Counted from the first letter of the stretch, positions 19,110-28,493 are shown. The stretch is DNA of 30,734 nucleotides from Leptolyngbyaceae cyanobacterium (GCA_050331235.1 JBHJHA010000090.1:1-30734); one strand, 5' to 3'. A program made the numbers and translations. Notes: generated by a model not told the origin, from the sequence alone.

Positions 19110-20219
19110 TCATCCAGCGACTGACTCTTGGTACTGCTGCTGAAACTGCTCAATCGAAACTAGTTGATTATTTTGGTCATCCCACAAAATCAGTTTCGAA
19201 CAGTCCGCCAAATCGGCCAGGCGAATGGTTGTAACACCGGTCAACAGGTGCGCGTTCCTCTCATGGCAGGCCTTGAGCTGATAGTTAGGAATCCGCGACG
19301 ACAGATGATGGATGCTGTGATAACTGATGTCAGCTGTGAACCATTTCAAGAGTTGGGGCATCTCTAAGTAGCTGCTGCCTTCAACCGCGCCTTGGAGATA
19401 GCTCCAACCTTCGGTGCCATGAGCATAGGCCCCAGGGAAATTGTGCTGGACAAAAAATACGCAGATAAAAATTGCCGCCGAAAACATCAAGACCACGGCA
19501 TAGGTCCCTAAAAAGAACCGGGTGCCTAGCCAGTAACAAAGAATAACCCAGCCGCCAACTACAAAAATATTGTTGAGCAGGACATCCCAAAACTCTCGTG
19601 TTGTCTTGCAATGCTTAAGCCGATAGGTGGCAGCAGCACCCGACAGATCAAACCGCGGCTGATGGCGATTAGTACGCCAAAGGTGGCGACCAAAGCTCCA
19701 AACTTCGTCTAGCAGGATCAAACGGGGCTTGAAGGCCAGGTAAAAGAACCCACCGGGAAAGATCATCCAGGGATGCCTCAGCATGCCGTAAAGCCGCTGG
19801 TCAGCAGGGCTCAGTTGAGCAAACTCGCTGGTCGAGAGAAAATCACCAATACTGCGATATCGTTCCCAATCACCGTTAGTTTTGTGGTGATAATCATGGT
19901 CCCGAGACCACCAATACTGGGGAATCGCATTGACTAAACCGAGAACAAAGCCGACGACACGGTTCACTTTTTTGGAGCTGAAGAGCGAGTAATGACCACA
20001 GTCGTGCATCAACGAAAAGCAGCGCAGCGAGAAGAGTACCAACAAGGCAACAATCAATGGTAATAGAAAAAACCAAGCGGATTGAGCTATTTTTGCAGCC
20101 AAGTACCAGAGAAAAATATAAGGAACTAGGGTGTTCAAAATCTGAAAAGTTGCTTTTAAGTTGTCACTTTTCATATAGGGCAGCAACTCAAAATCGGACT
20201 TATTTATCACAGTCTGCAT
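19110..20219 (-). CDS. Membrane fatty acid desaturase (Bacillus Des-like subgroup)
   Basis: Three His boxes HDCGH, HDYHH and HSIHH, plus FFVQHNF and RIPNYQL. ATG 20219 preferred over TTG 20309. Confidence 0.88.
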   Translation of the reverse strand: MQTVINKSDFELLPYMKSDNLKATFQILNTLVPYIFLWYLAAKIAQSAWFFLLPLIVALLVLFSLRCFSLMHDCGHYSLFSSKKVNRVVGFVLGLVNAIPQYWWSRDHDYHHKTNGDWERYRSIGDFLSTSEFAQLSPADQRLYGMLRHPWMIFPGGFFYLAFKPRLILLDEVWSFGRHLWRTNRHQPRFDLSGAAATYRLKHCKTTREFWDVLLNNIFVVGGWVILCYWLGTRFFLGTYAVVLMFSAAIFICVFFVQHNFPGAYAHGTEGWSYLQGAVEGSSYLEMPQLLKWFTADISYHSIHHLSSRIPNYQLKACHERNAHLLTGVTTIRLADLADCSKLILWDDQNNQLVSIEQFQQQYQESVAG

Positions 20220-20734
20220 GCAGTGTATTCCTATTAAATCGAATGGTGCGATCGCAACCAGCCGCAGGTGCTCATCTGAAACAGATTTAGCTGGCTGACG
20301 AACCCCCAAGAACCTCAGCAGTCAGTTTCATCAATCGATATCAAGCTTCAGGATTTCAATTAGATTGCTGATTTTTTGATGGTCTCTATAAATTGAGTGG
20401 ATCCCAAAGCAATTTGCCTGCGATAGATATGAAGGTTGGCGACCCTAAAATGCAGAAGTTTACAAAAAATCACAATAGCACCGTTACAGTGTAAACGCTA
20501 GGTAAATCCTTTGCCTGACTTCATCGAGAGCTCATGCTTGATCCAGAGTCATGTTGAAGCGCAGATATCGAGCGTATCGCAGTTAATCGCTCAATTGAAG
20601 AAAGCTTGATATTCCCACTTATTTGCATTGCTATTAACTCGACTCTTTGAGCTTTAAGATTTTCTTTACGAATGCTCAAAAGCGCTGACAAAAGCCCGTT
20701 TTGGGATAGGCTGGAAATGTGAAGCTATACTTTG

Positions 20735-21949
20735 ATGGCTCGGATGGCGAACAGGATGGAAGGCTTGAATAATTCTTACCAAGAAGACCCTGCGCCTGTG
20801 AAGCTACTGCTTTTTATCGACAAACGTCCAAGTTCTGGAGACTATGTCAGGCAGCTCAGGCGATGTCTTAAAGAACTGGATGGAGAGGACCGTTTTTCCC
20901 TCGACGTGATTGATGTTAGCGAGCAACCCTATCTAGTCGAGCATTTTCGATTAATCGCAACCCCCGCCCTCGTAAAATTTGCCCCCGGTAAGCAGCAAGT
21001 GCTTTCTGGCAGCAATATTCTTGATCAGCTGGGCCAGTGGTGGCCCCAGTGGCGCCGGGAGGTCGAGCAATTACAAAATTCGTCAGCCGTGCCCGAAGTC
21101 CCTCCGCTGGACATTGGTCAGCATGTCTTAGCAGCAGAACAAGATGGTGACTTGGCCCATTCTGTTGAGGTGATGAAGCTGTCAGATGAAATCTTTCGCC
21201 TCAAGCAAGAGAAAGAGGAACTCGAAGCACAACTCCAATTTAAGAATCGGATTGTCGCGATGTTAGCCCATGATTTGCGGAATCCACTCACGGCTGCGTC
21301 GATCGCCATTGACACCCTAGAGCTAGGCTATGGTGACCAAGCGGGGGAAAATCAGCGATCGCTATCCCCAAAGCTTACCGCCCAGATGCTGCGCCATGCT
21401 AAAAACCAGATCTGGGCTATGGATCGCATGATCTCCGATATTTTACAAACGGCAAAGGGGGCCGCCGCCGATCTGCACATTCAGCCCCAACCCACATCAT
21501 TCAACAGTTTGTTTGCGCAAACCTTATCGTCTATGCGCAACAAGCTAGAGCGGAAGTCACAAACTTTAGATATCGACATTCCCCAAGACTTACCGCTAGT
21601 TTATGTCGACAGCGGGCAAATCCAGCGAGTACTGTCTAACCTCCTGGATAACGCCATCAAATATACGCCATTGCAAGGAGAGCTCCAGATTTCTGCGCTC
21701 CATCGCACCACTCAAAAGATCCAGGTATGTATCCAAGACACTGGACCAGGCATTCCCCCAGAAAAGCAGGAGGAAATTTTTGAAGACCGCTTTCGGCTCG
21801 AGCGAGATGAAGCCAAAGATGGATACGGCATTGGTCTAGCCCTCTGTCGCCGGATTATCCGCGCTCACTATGGCCAGATTTGGGCCGAATCTTCTCCTGG
21901 AGCCGGCAGTCAGTTTTACTTCACGCTACCGGTCTTTCGCTTGGGTTAA
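20735..21949 (+). CDS. sasA: Clock-associated histidine kinase SasA
   Basis: KaiB-like N-terminal domain (LLLFIDKR..VIDVSEQPYLVEHFRLIATPALVK), LSDEIFRL coiled coil, AHDLRNPLTA H-box and HRTTQKIQV. Start is uncertain between 20732 and 20756. Confidence 0.93.
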   Translation: MARMANRMEGLNNSYQEDPAPVKLLLFIDKRPSSGDYVRQLRRCLKELDGEDRFSLDVIDVSEQPYLVEHFRLIATPALVKFAPGKQQVLSGSNILDQLGQWWPQWRREVEQLQNSSAVPEVPPLDIGQHVLAAEQDGDLAHSVEVMKLSDEIFRLKQEKEELEAQLQFKNRIVAMLAHDLRNPLTAASIAIDTLELGYGDQAGENQRSLSPKLTAQMLRHAKNQIWAMDRMISDILQTAKGAAADLHIQPQPTSFNSLFAQTLSSMRNKLERKSQTLDIDIPQDLPLVYVDSGQIQRVLSNLLDNAIKYTPLQGELQISALHRTTQKIQVCIQDTGPGIPPEKQEEIFEDRFRLERDEAKDGYGIGLALCRRIIRAHYGQIWAESSPGAGSQFYFTLPVFRLG

Positions 21950-21998
21950 AGGAGACCGCCTAATCCCAATTCTCTGTAGTAGCGCCACAGATTTGAAG

Positions 21999-22036
21999 AT
22001 CCCCCGCTGTCGCGGCCCCCTTGAAAAAGGGGTTTT
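21999..22036 (+). terminator. C-rich/G-rich hairpin after sasA, probable intrinsic terminator resembling cyanobacterial small dispersed repeats
   Basis: ATCCCCC-N10-CCCCCTTGAAAAAGGGG followed by TTTT, between convergent sasA and nadB. Confidence 0.55.
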
Positions 22037-22187
22037 GAAGAATCTATGTGTAGTCGTGATTTGTAGAAGGGTTATAACAGTGGCCCGCTAGTCTGACCTG
22101 CCGCCAGATTGGGGCAGCGCAAATTATGGACCTATAGCCGAGGAACGTTGCTGTTCTTGCCTCGCAGATGACCTGACGCAGGTCCTT

Positions 22188-23825
22188 CTATGAATTTGGG
22201 GCCGACGTCTGCCAGTGATCGCCGACTACCAGCGAATGCACTTGCCAGTGGGGAGGAGTCTGGTGGAAGTCTGCTCGATAGTGTCCGCCTCGACTTTCTT
22301 CTCGAAAGGCAGCGCTGCGAAGAATCAAATAGGCTAAATCAAGTAAGTTGCGGACCTCAGTCCACAGCCGTAAAGAAGCTAGCGGCATGTCGCAGGTGGC
22401 CACCGGTTGCCGCAAGGTATCGACCAAAGCTTGGGAAATCAATAGAGCGTCGAACTGCGATCGCAAACGAGCGATTTGGATCTGGGTTTGGGCCAGGGTG
22501 TTGCCATCGCGGCTGATCCCGGCTCCCTGCCAAACCCGTTCTGGCAGTTCAGCACGAATTTCTTGTAAGACCGCGATTTCTGCGTCGGCGATCGCCAGCT
22601 TAGGCCCGCTTGATTTGAGGTCTATCGCAGCCATTGGCGCTGTCGGCAATTTTAGGCACTGCAATTGCCGTCCATAGACGAGGCATTCCAAGAGGGAATT
22701 ACTCGCCAGCCGATTGGCTCCGTGAACTCCAGTACTGGCGGTTTCACCCACAGCATAAAGGTTGAGCAAAGTGGAGCTACTGTAACGATCCGTTTTGACG
22801 CCCCCCATCCAATAATGGGCAGCGGGCGACACGGGTACTGGCTGTTGCAGCGGATCAATCCCCCACCGGCGACAAACCGCAATGATATTGGGAAAGCGAT
22901 ACTGCATACGCTCTGCAGGAATAGGTCGCAAGTCTAGCCAAACGTGGTCAGGGGCACTGTCGGGTTGCGCTAGTAAATGTTGGTAAATAGCACGGCTCAC
23001 CACATCCCGAGGTGCCAGCTCTCCTTTGGAATGATAGTCAAAGGCAAAGCGATGGCCCCCGGCGTCGATCAAGTGGGCCCCCTCACCACGAACGGCCTCG
23101 CTGATCAAAAAGCGAGGAGCGCCCTCGACTTTTAGAGCGGTCGGATGAAACTGAAAGAACTCTAAATCTCTGAGCTCAGCGCCAAGCCGCCAGGCCATGG
23201 CAACTCCGTCTCCGGTGCTGGCAGGCGGATTGGTGGTTTGGGAGAATACTTGGCCACCTCCACCCGTGGCGATGACGACGGCCTTGGCCAACCATAGGGC
23301 GATGTGCTGCGGCTGGGCCACGATCGCCCCTTGACAGCGGCCATCGCGTTGCCACAAATCTAACACCAAGGTGTGTTCACACACAGTGATGTTGGGGCGC
23401 GATCGCACAGCATCTGCCAACGTACTCACAACCGCCCGGCCGGTAGCATCTGCTGCATGGAGAACCCGTTTGCGAGAATGGGCCGCCTCAAGGGTCAGGG
23501 CAAGGCCACCGTGGCTGCGATCGAACGGCACGCCAAATTCTACTAGCGAGCGAATGCAGTCGGCCCCCTGCTCGACTAACTGCTCAACGGCCGCTGGCTC
23601 ACACAGGCCAGCACCAGCTCGCAGGGTATCTTCTAAATGCAGTAGCGGGGAATCTTCGGGGGCAATCGCAGCGGCAATCCCGCCCTGGGCCCAATCACTC
23701 GCTGATTGTTGCAGCACGTCTTTGGTGATCAGCCCAATGCGATAGGTGGAGGGAAGACAGAGGGCGGAATACAGCCCAGCTGCCCCGCTACCAATTACCA
23801 AAACGTCAAAAGGGTCTGTGGGCAA
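22188..23825 (-). CDS. nadB: L-aspartate oxidase
   Basis: IGSGAAGL, AQGGIAAA, LEAAHSRKRVLH, QFHPT, LISEAVRGEG, GVHGANRLASNSLLE and REESRGGH. AAGGAG RBS precedes the TTG. Confidence 0.96.
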   Translation of the reverse strand: MPTDPFDVLVIGSGAAGLYSALCLPSTYRIGLITKDVLQQSASDWAQGGIAAAIAPEDSPLLHLEDTLRAGAGLCEPAAVEQLVEQGADCIRSLVEFGVPFDRSHGGLALTLEAAHSRKRVLHAADATGRAVVSTLADAVRSRPNITVCEHTLVLDLWQRDGRCQGAIVAQPQHIALWLAKAVVIATGGGGQVFSQTTNPPASTGDGVAMAWRLGAELRDLEFFQFHPTALKVEGAPRFLISEAVRGEGAHLIDAGGHRFAFDYHSKGELAPRDVVSRAIYQHLLAQPDSAPDHVWLDLRPIPAERMQYRFPNIIAVCRRWGIDPLQQPVPVSPAAHYWMGGVKTDRYSSSTLLNLYAVGETASTGVHGANRLASNSLLECLVYGRQLQCLKLPTAPMAAIDLKSSGPKLAIADAEIAVLQEIRAELPERVWQGAGISRDGNTLAQTQIQIARLRSQFDALLISQALVDTLRQPVATCDMPLASLRLWTEVRNLLDLAYLILRSAAFREESRGGHYRADFHQTPPHWQVHSLVVGDHWQTSAPNS

Positions 23826-24076
23826 GGTCTTCTCCTTAAACTATCGAGCCAAGCTCAGGTTTTGAGTATTTTAGTCAAATCGGCAAATGGCTTGGGAATC
23901 ACCGCCGGTTCTAGGCGAGTTGTGTCCTGTGGGCCGACATTCACGACCGCTAGATATGGGATAGCCACAAGCTAGGTGGACGACAGCCGCGCCAACGGTC
24001 ATCAATATTGCGGCCCTTCTGCACTGAGGGAATTCCTTGGGAAAGACTAAATTGACAGCAGAGGCAGAACCTTGAC

Positions 24077-24116
24077 AAAAACAGGTCAACGGAGCCTGAA
24101 CTCCCATTGACCTGTT
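24077..24116 (-). terminator. Intrinsic terminator of psbU
   Basis: AACAGGTCAA..GGAG / CTCC..TTGACCTGTT stem with an A5 run on the + strand (U-tract on -), about 45 nt after the psbU stop. Confidence 0.7.
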
Positions 24117-24160
24117 AATCAAGATATTCACTTGTCGACCATTCAGCTCGCTAAACGCGA

Positions 24161-24583
24161 CTAACGATAAACGCCGTTGTTATAGCGGTCGGCACCTTCG
24201 ACAAAGGCTGGATCTGGCGGCGTTACCGTGAAGCTGCTCAGATTAGATTCAATGATGTCACGCTCACGCTGGCTCAACCCCGGAATTTCGAGCACATCTT
24301 TGACATCCTCGAAGGGGGCATTCTTCAAAATCTTGCCTGCGATCGTCGGATACATGCCTTTGTATTTCACAAACGCTTGGACATTCGCATTATTCAAATC
24401 TAGTTTAGAGCCGTATTCTGTACTGAGCTTGTCATCAACAGCATTACGCATCTCTTCGGCCAGCACCGGAGCCTGCCAAGCCTGATTTAAAGAAGCTGCT
24501 GCGACGGGCGAGACGCTCATGCCCATCCAGCTACCCAGCAGCATTCCTAGGGACAAAACTAGGCCCAACAACAAACGTTTCAT
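24161..24583 (-). CDS. psbU: Photosystem II 12 kDa extrinsic protein PsbU
   Basis: Signal peptide, RNAVDDKL, KLDLNN, GMYPTIA..I.KNAPF and C-terminal EGADRYNNGVYR. Confidence 0.97.
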   Translation of the reverse strand: MKRLLLGLVLSLGMLLGSWMGMSVSPVAAASLNQAWQAPVLAEEMRNAVDDKLSTEYGSKLDLNNANVQAFVKYKGMYPTIAGKILKNAPFEDVKDVLEIPGLSQRERDIIESNLSSFTVTPPDPAFVEGADRYNNGVYR

Positions 24584-24849
24584 CTACTCAATCCCCTTGT
24601 AGGAAGAATCAACACAACACTTTACCTGAGCCTATCATCTCACTTGACCGATATTTATATGCAGTCTGCTTACAAAACGCAGCTAACGTAGTGAGGCTAC
24701 TGCTCGTCATCACAGGCCTGATGGATCAGGTTAACCAATGAAAGGGGTTGGAGAATTCTCTAAAACCTGATCAAGACTGAGCTCACTGGCTCCGAGAAGA
24801 AGGCGGGTTATTGGCGAGAGGAGACAGCCAGTTTGATTGAGTGCGTCTT

Positions 24850-24863
24850 GTATCTTGAGCTAC
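24850..24863. promoter_or_regulatory. Candidate NtcA-binding site GTA-N8-TAC
   Basis: tGTATCTTGAGCTAC about 110-150 nt upstream of the first ABC permease. No canonical TAN3T box at the usual 22-23 nt spacing. Confidence 0.55.
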
Positions 24864-24970
24864 GTTTCATAGCATCAGATGACGAGAGTATGCACACAAT
24901 TAAGCGGAGGCTTAGATGCCCCGCTGCCCCCAGTAGGAAGCGATCGCTCCCTGCTGGGCGATAAAGCCTA

Positions 24971-26095
24971 ATGCCCGTTGACGACCTAACACTTTCGAGC
25001 GGATTGGTGATGACTCTGGCCTCCCCAAGATCAATGCATTGGACTCAGCGGTGGCGGCGACCGTTAGAGGCAATCTGTTTACCTTTGGCGGCGCTGCTTG
25101 TTGCTCTTTTGCTGTTTGGGCTGTTTTGTGGGCTTGCAGGTGCCAATCCCCTGGCGGTCTATGGGTCGATTTATAAAGCTGCTTTTGGCAGCTGGAGTGC
25201 TTGGCAAAACACCTTGATTCGCGCTTCACCACTCATGCTGACGGCTTTATGTACGGCTTTGCCCGCGAGGCTAGGTCTGGTGATCATCGGCAATGAGGGG
25301 GCTTTAGTTATCGGTGGCCTCTGTGCCATGGTGATCGGGCTAACGATCGGAGCTGGTTTGCCACCGGTACTAGGGCAAATCACCATGGCGATCGCGGCAA
25401 TTATCGGAGGCGGCATTTGGATCATGCTGGCCGGTGCGTTGAGGCACTATCGTGGCGTCAACGAAACCATCAGTAGCCTGCTGCTGAACTACATCGCGAT
25501 CGCCCTGATGAATCATCTAGTGGAGGGCCCAATGCGAGATCCTGAGTTTGTCACCAAGCCTTCATCGGCGGAGCTTGGTGAAGCCCTATGGTTAGGCACG
25601 ATCCCCGGCAGTCGTATCCACTATGGACTGATTTATGGCTTGATTGCCTGCATCATTGCCTATGTGCTCATCCAGCGCACAACCTTTGGTTTCGCTGCCC
25701 GTACCGCCGGGGGTAACATTCGCGCCGCGAGGATTGCAGGCTTACCCGTGGGGCAATTAACCTTGGCGATTTGCTTTCTCGGTGGCTCCTGTGCTGGGCT
25801 AGCCGGCATGATCGAAGTCGCCGCGGTGCAAAAGCGTATTAACGAATCGCTAGTTTCCAATTACGGCTATGCAGGCATTTTGGTGGCCTTTGTGTCGCGA
25901 CATAATCCGCTCGCCACTATCCTGGTGGCGATTTTGCTCGGTGGTATTTTAGCCAGTGGCGGCATTCTTCAGCGATCGCACGATCTGCCCGACGCTACAG
26001 TTTTGGTTTTTCAGGGCATCGTTTTTCTCTGTGTTCTGTTCAGTGACTCCCTTTATGGCCGACTTCCCTGGTTTCAAGAAAAGCCTGTGGATTAA
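24971..26095 (+). CDS. ABC transporter permease 1 (BPD_transp_2, nucleoside/BMP-associated type)
   Basis: IIGNEGAL..GG, RGVNETISSLLLNYIA, AARIAG and YGYAGILVA, about 10 TM helices. The start may be ATG 25010. Confidence 0.9.
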   Translation: MPVDDLTLSSGLVMTLASPRSMHWTQRWRRPLEAICLPLAALLVALLLFGLFCGLAGANPLAVYGSIYKAAFGSWSAWQNTLIRASPLMLTALCTALPARLGLVIIGNEGALVIGGLCAMVIGLTIGAGLPPVLGQITMAIAAIIGGGIWIMLAGALRHYRGVNETISSLLLNYIAIALMNHLVEGPMRDPEFVTKPSSAELGEALWLGTIPGSRIHYGLIYGLIACIIAYVLIQRTTFGFAARTAGGNIRAARIAGLPVGQLTLAICFLGGSCAGLAGMIEVAAVQKRINESLVSNYGYAGILVAFVSRHNPLATILVAILLGGILASGGILQRSHDLPDATVLVFQGIVFLCVLFSDSLYGRLPWFQEKPVD

Positions 26096-26166
26096 GGACC
26101 AGAGTCACAATGGGTTGACAATGAACTGACAGCCCTTGATTATCCACGCTTAATGAAGGAGCAGCT

Positions 26167-27114
26167 ATGGCAACGGAAGCCTTGGGTTGGTGGGGGGTAC
26201 CCCTAGGTATTTTGGCCGGTACTCTACGGGGCAGCGCGCCGTTTCTATTTGTCAGCTTGGGGGAGTGCTTAACCGAAAAAAGCGGCAAAATCAATCTTGG
26301 CTTAGAAGGCACGCTACTGATGGGCGCGATGAGTGCCTATGGTGTCGCTTATTTGAGTCAAGGTGTCCTGGGCGACTTTTGGGCTCCGTGGTTAGGAGTA
26401 TTGGCCGCTGGCCTTGCCGGCATGGGGTTGGGAGCCATCCATGGGTGGCTCTCACAGCAACTCCGAGTGAATGATGTCGCAGTGGGTATTGCGATGATTA
26501 TTTTTGGCAGTGGTTTAGCCTTTTTCTTAGGCAAACCGTTTATTCAGCCCCAAGCGCCTCAGCTATTCACCTTTCAGTGGGGGGCGTGGAGCAGTAATCC
26601 ATCCGTTCAGGCCGCCCTTAAAGTCAGCCCACTGTTTCTGATTGGAGTGGCGATCGCGCCCCTCATGCAGTGGTTTTTTCGCGCTACGCGCTGGGGGCTC
26701 TACGTTCGCGCCGTGGGAGATAGTCCTCCGGCCGCAAGAGCCATGGGCATCTCTATCTTTAAAGTGCGCTTTCTGAGCATTGTGGCCGGCAGCTTTTTAG
26801 CTGGTATTGGTGGTGCCTGTCTATCGCTGTATTATCCCGGCGTGTGGACAGAGCGCATTTCCAGTGGCCAGGGTTTGATGGCGGTAGCCTTAGTCATCTT
26901 TGCCCGTTGGAATCCGATTCAATGCTTGTGGGCATCGTTGCTATTTGGCGGAGCCCAAGCCCTCGGCCCAGCATTCCAATCCGTGGGCATCAACGCCTAC
27001 TATTACCTATTCAACGCGGCCCCTTACATTTTGACGTTGGTCATTATGATTATCACTTGCTCGCCCAAACGAACCCTGGTTGGGGCTCCCGGCGCATTGG
27101 GTAAAGAAGATTAA
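26167..27114 (+). CDS. ABC transporter permease 2 (BPD_transp_2)
   Basis: GECLTEKSGKINLGLEG, RAVGDSPPAARAMG and GQGLMAVALVIFARWNP. GAAGGAG RBS. Confidence 0.92.
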   Translation: MATEALGWWGVPLGILAGTLRGSAPFLFVSLGECLTEKSGKINLGLEGTLLMGAMSAYGVAYLSQGVLGDFWAPWLGVLAAGLAGMGLGAIHGWLSQQLRVNDVAVGIAMIIFGSGLAFFLGKPFIQPQAPQLFTFQWGAWSSNPSVQAALKVSPLFLIGVAIAPLMQWFFRATRWGLYVRAVGDSPPAARAMGISIFKVRFLSIVAGSFLAGIGGACLSLYYPGVWTERISSGQGLMAVALVIFARWNPIQCLWASLLFGGAQALGPAFQSVGINAYYYLFNAAPYILTLVIMIITCSPKRTLVGAPGALGKED

Positions 27115-27133
27115 CCAGCAAACACAGATTCCC

Positions 27134-27520
27134 ATGGCAAATACATTGAAGCTAGCGGTCAATGGCACCCTGATGCGGGGGTTAGCACTTAACCCCAACC
27201 TGCTCAATGTCGGAGCGACGTTTGACCGCGAAACTCAGACGGAGCCCGCTTATCGGTTATGGACGATTGATGACCAATACCCAGCGATGGTGCGGGTCGC
27301 GACCGGGGGGGTGGCGATCGCTGTCGAAGTGTGGAACATTCCCCTAGCGGGTCTCGGAGTAGTGTTGCAGCAGGAGCCCCCGGGACTGGCAATTGGCAAA
27401 GTCAAACTGGCCGATAGTGAAGTTGTGTTGGGGGTTATTGGTGAGCCCTTAACCGTTGAGGGCAAAGCCGAGATCACCCAGTTTGGCGGCTGGCGAGCCT
27501 ATCAGGCCTCTTTAAGCTAA
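27134..27520 (+). CDS. Stand-alone allophanate hydrolase C-terminal-like / gamma-glutamylcyclotransferase-fold protein
   Basis: LAVNGTLMRGLALN, T.PAYRLW, IAVEVW, EPPGLAIGKVKLAD and EITQFGGWRAY parallel the AtzF C-terminal domain. ATG lies 19 nt after the permease stop. Confidence 0.8.
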   Translation: MANTLKLAVNGTLMRGLALNPNLLNVGATFDRETQTEPAYRLWTIDDQYPAMVRVATGGVAIAVEVWNIPLAGLGVVLQQEPPGLAIGKVKLADSEVVLGVIGEPLTVEGKAEITQFGGWRAYQASLS

Positions 27521-28271
27521 GCATGCTCACGTCGCGAGGAGTAGGACCTGTCAAAGCCTAGACACATGAATACGGGAGCAGCTATGGCGAGTCTGGGTAA
27601 GCTAAAACTGGTCAGGCCTAATCAGCAAGGCTCATTTAACAAATATTTGAGAAGAGTCATTTTGTCATCAAAATGACGGTTATCGCAGTTTCGAACTGCT
27701 GTAGGACCGGACGTTGCTTAGCTACGCAAATATTCCGCTGGCATCGCTTCGAAAGCGTCAACGGTTGCTGAGCTGAAGCCCAATCATGATCATTCCGGTG
27801 AACTTTCATCCTGAGTCTGACCACACCTTGCCACCACCCTGAGAGTTATCACAGTCGGCGGATCGATCAACATCGCCTCCTTAACGAACTTGCCGCATAG
27901 TGAAAGACCTCTATGGATTAGCTCTAGGACACCAAAGTCCATCTGATCACAATGAGGTTAGATCTGACCGCACAGCGGGCAGCACCGATAAATACAAACC
28001 CGTCCTAGACTTACTCAGCGGTCTGCTTGGCATCCTCTCTGCCGCCACAGGTTACGCCTCGCAAAATCTATCCAGCAACTGTTGCAGGACCTTGATTGAA
28101 TTCTTCGTAGTCCAAGCGGGACATTGAAAGAACAAGCTTAGGTAAAAGGAAACCCTAAAAATCGAGCAACCGCCGCGCACGCTCCAAAATCCCAAACCAC
28201 TCTACACAGAAGCTGCTATGGACGGTACCGAATCAAACTCTGTAAAGACGACACCCCAAAATCTTTAGGCG

Positions 28272-28493
28272 CTATTCCTCTGGGGTATTTGTGCGGTCTT
28301 CTAAATCACACACTTCTAACAAGCTCTCAGGATCGACATAGTAACAGGTATGATTATCCTGACAAACAAACGCCCATCCAGAGTCATCGACCCGAACTAA
28401 GCTATACGTCCCATCCTGGACAAAATAGCCCTTGTGATCGCGAGTCCCTGGAGAAACAGCAAAGTTATAAAAGCTTTTATTTTTAAGTTCCAT
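28272..28493 (-). CDS. Small hypothetical protein (73 aa)
   Basis: ATG start, aromatic-rich composition suggesting beta strands, and no overlap with a recognised gene. Family not recognised. Confidence 0.55.
   Translation of the reverse strand: MELKNKSFYNFAVSPGTRDHKGYFVQDGTYSLVRVDDSGWAFVCQDNHTCYYVDPESLLEVCDLEDRTNTPEE

Noticed and set aside
23871..24131. 86-aa ORF between psbU and nadB
   Set aside because: It runs through the psbU terminator hairpin and has no recognisable similarity.
24724..24970. Guanidine-I (ykkC) riboswitch ahead of the ABC permeases
   Set aside because: An inverted repeat GATCAGGTT/AACCTGATC (24724-24772) and CTGGCTCCGAG are present, but the conserved CTAGGGTTCCG and GGGAYAAAAGCCCGGGAG elements are not.
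27900..28127. 75-aa ORF on the + strand
   Set aside because: GTG start with no RBS and no recognisable motif, so it is not supportable as a gene.
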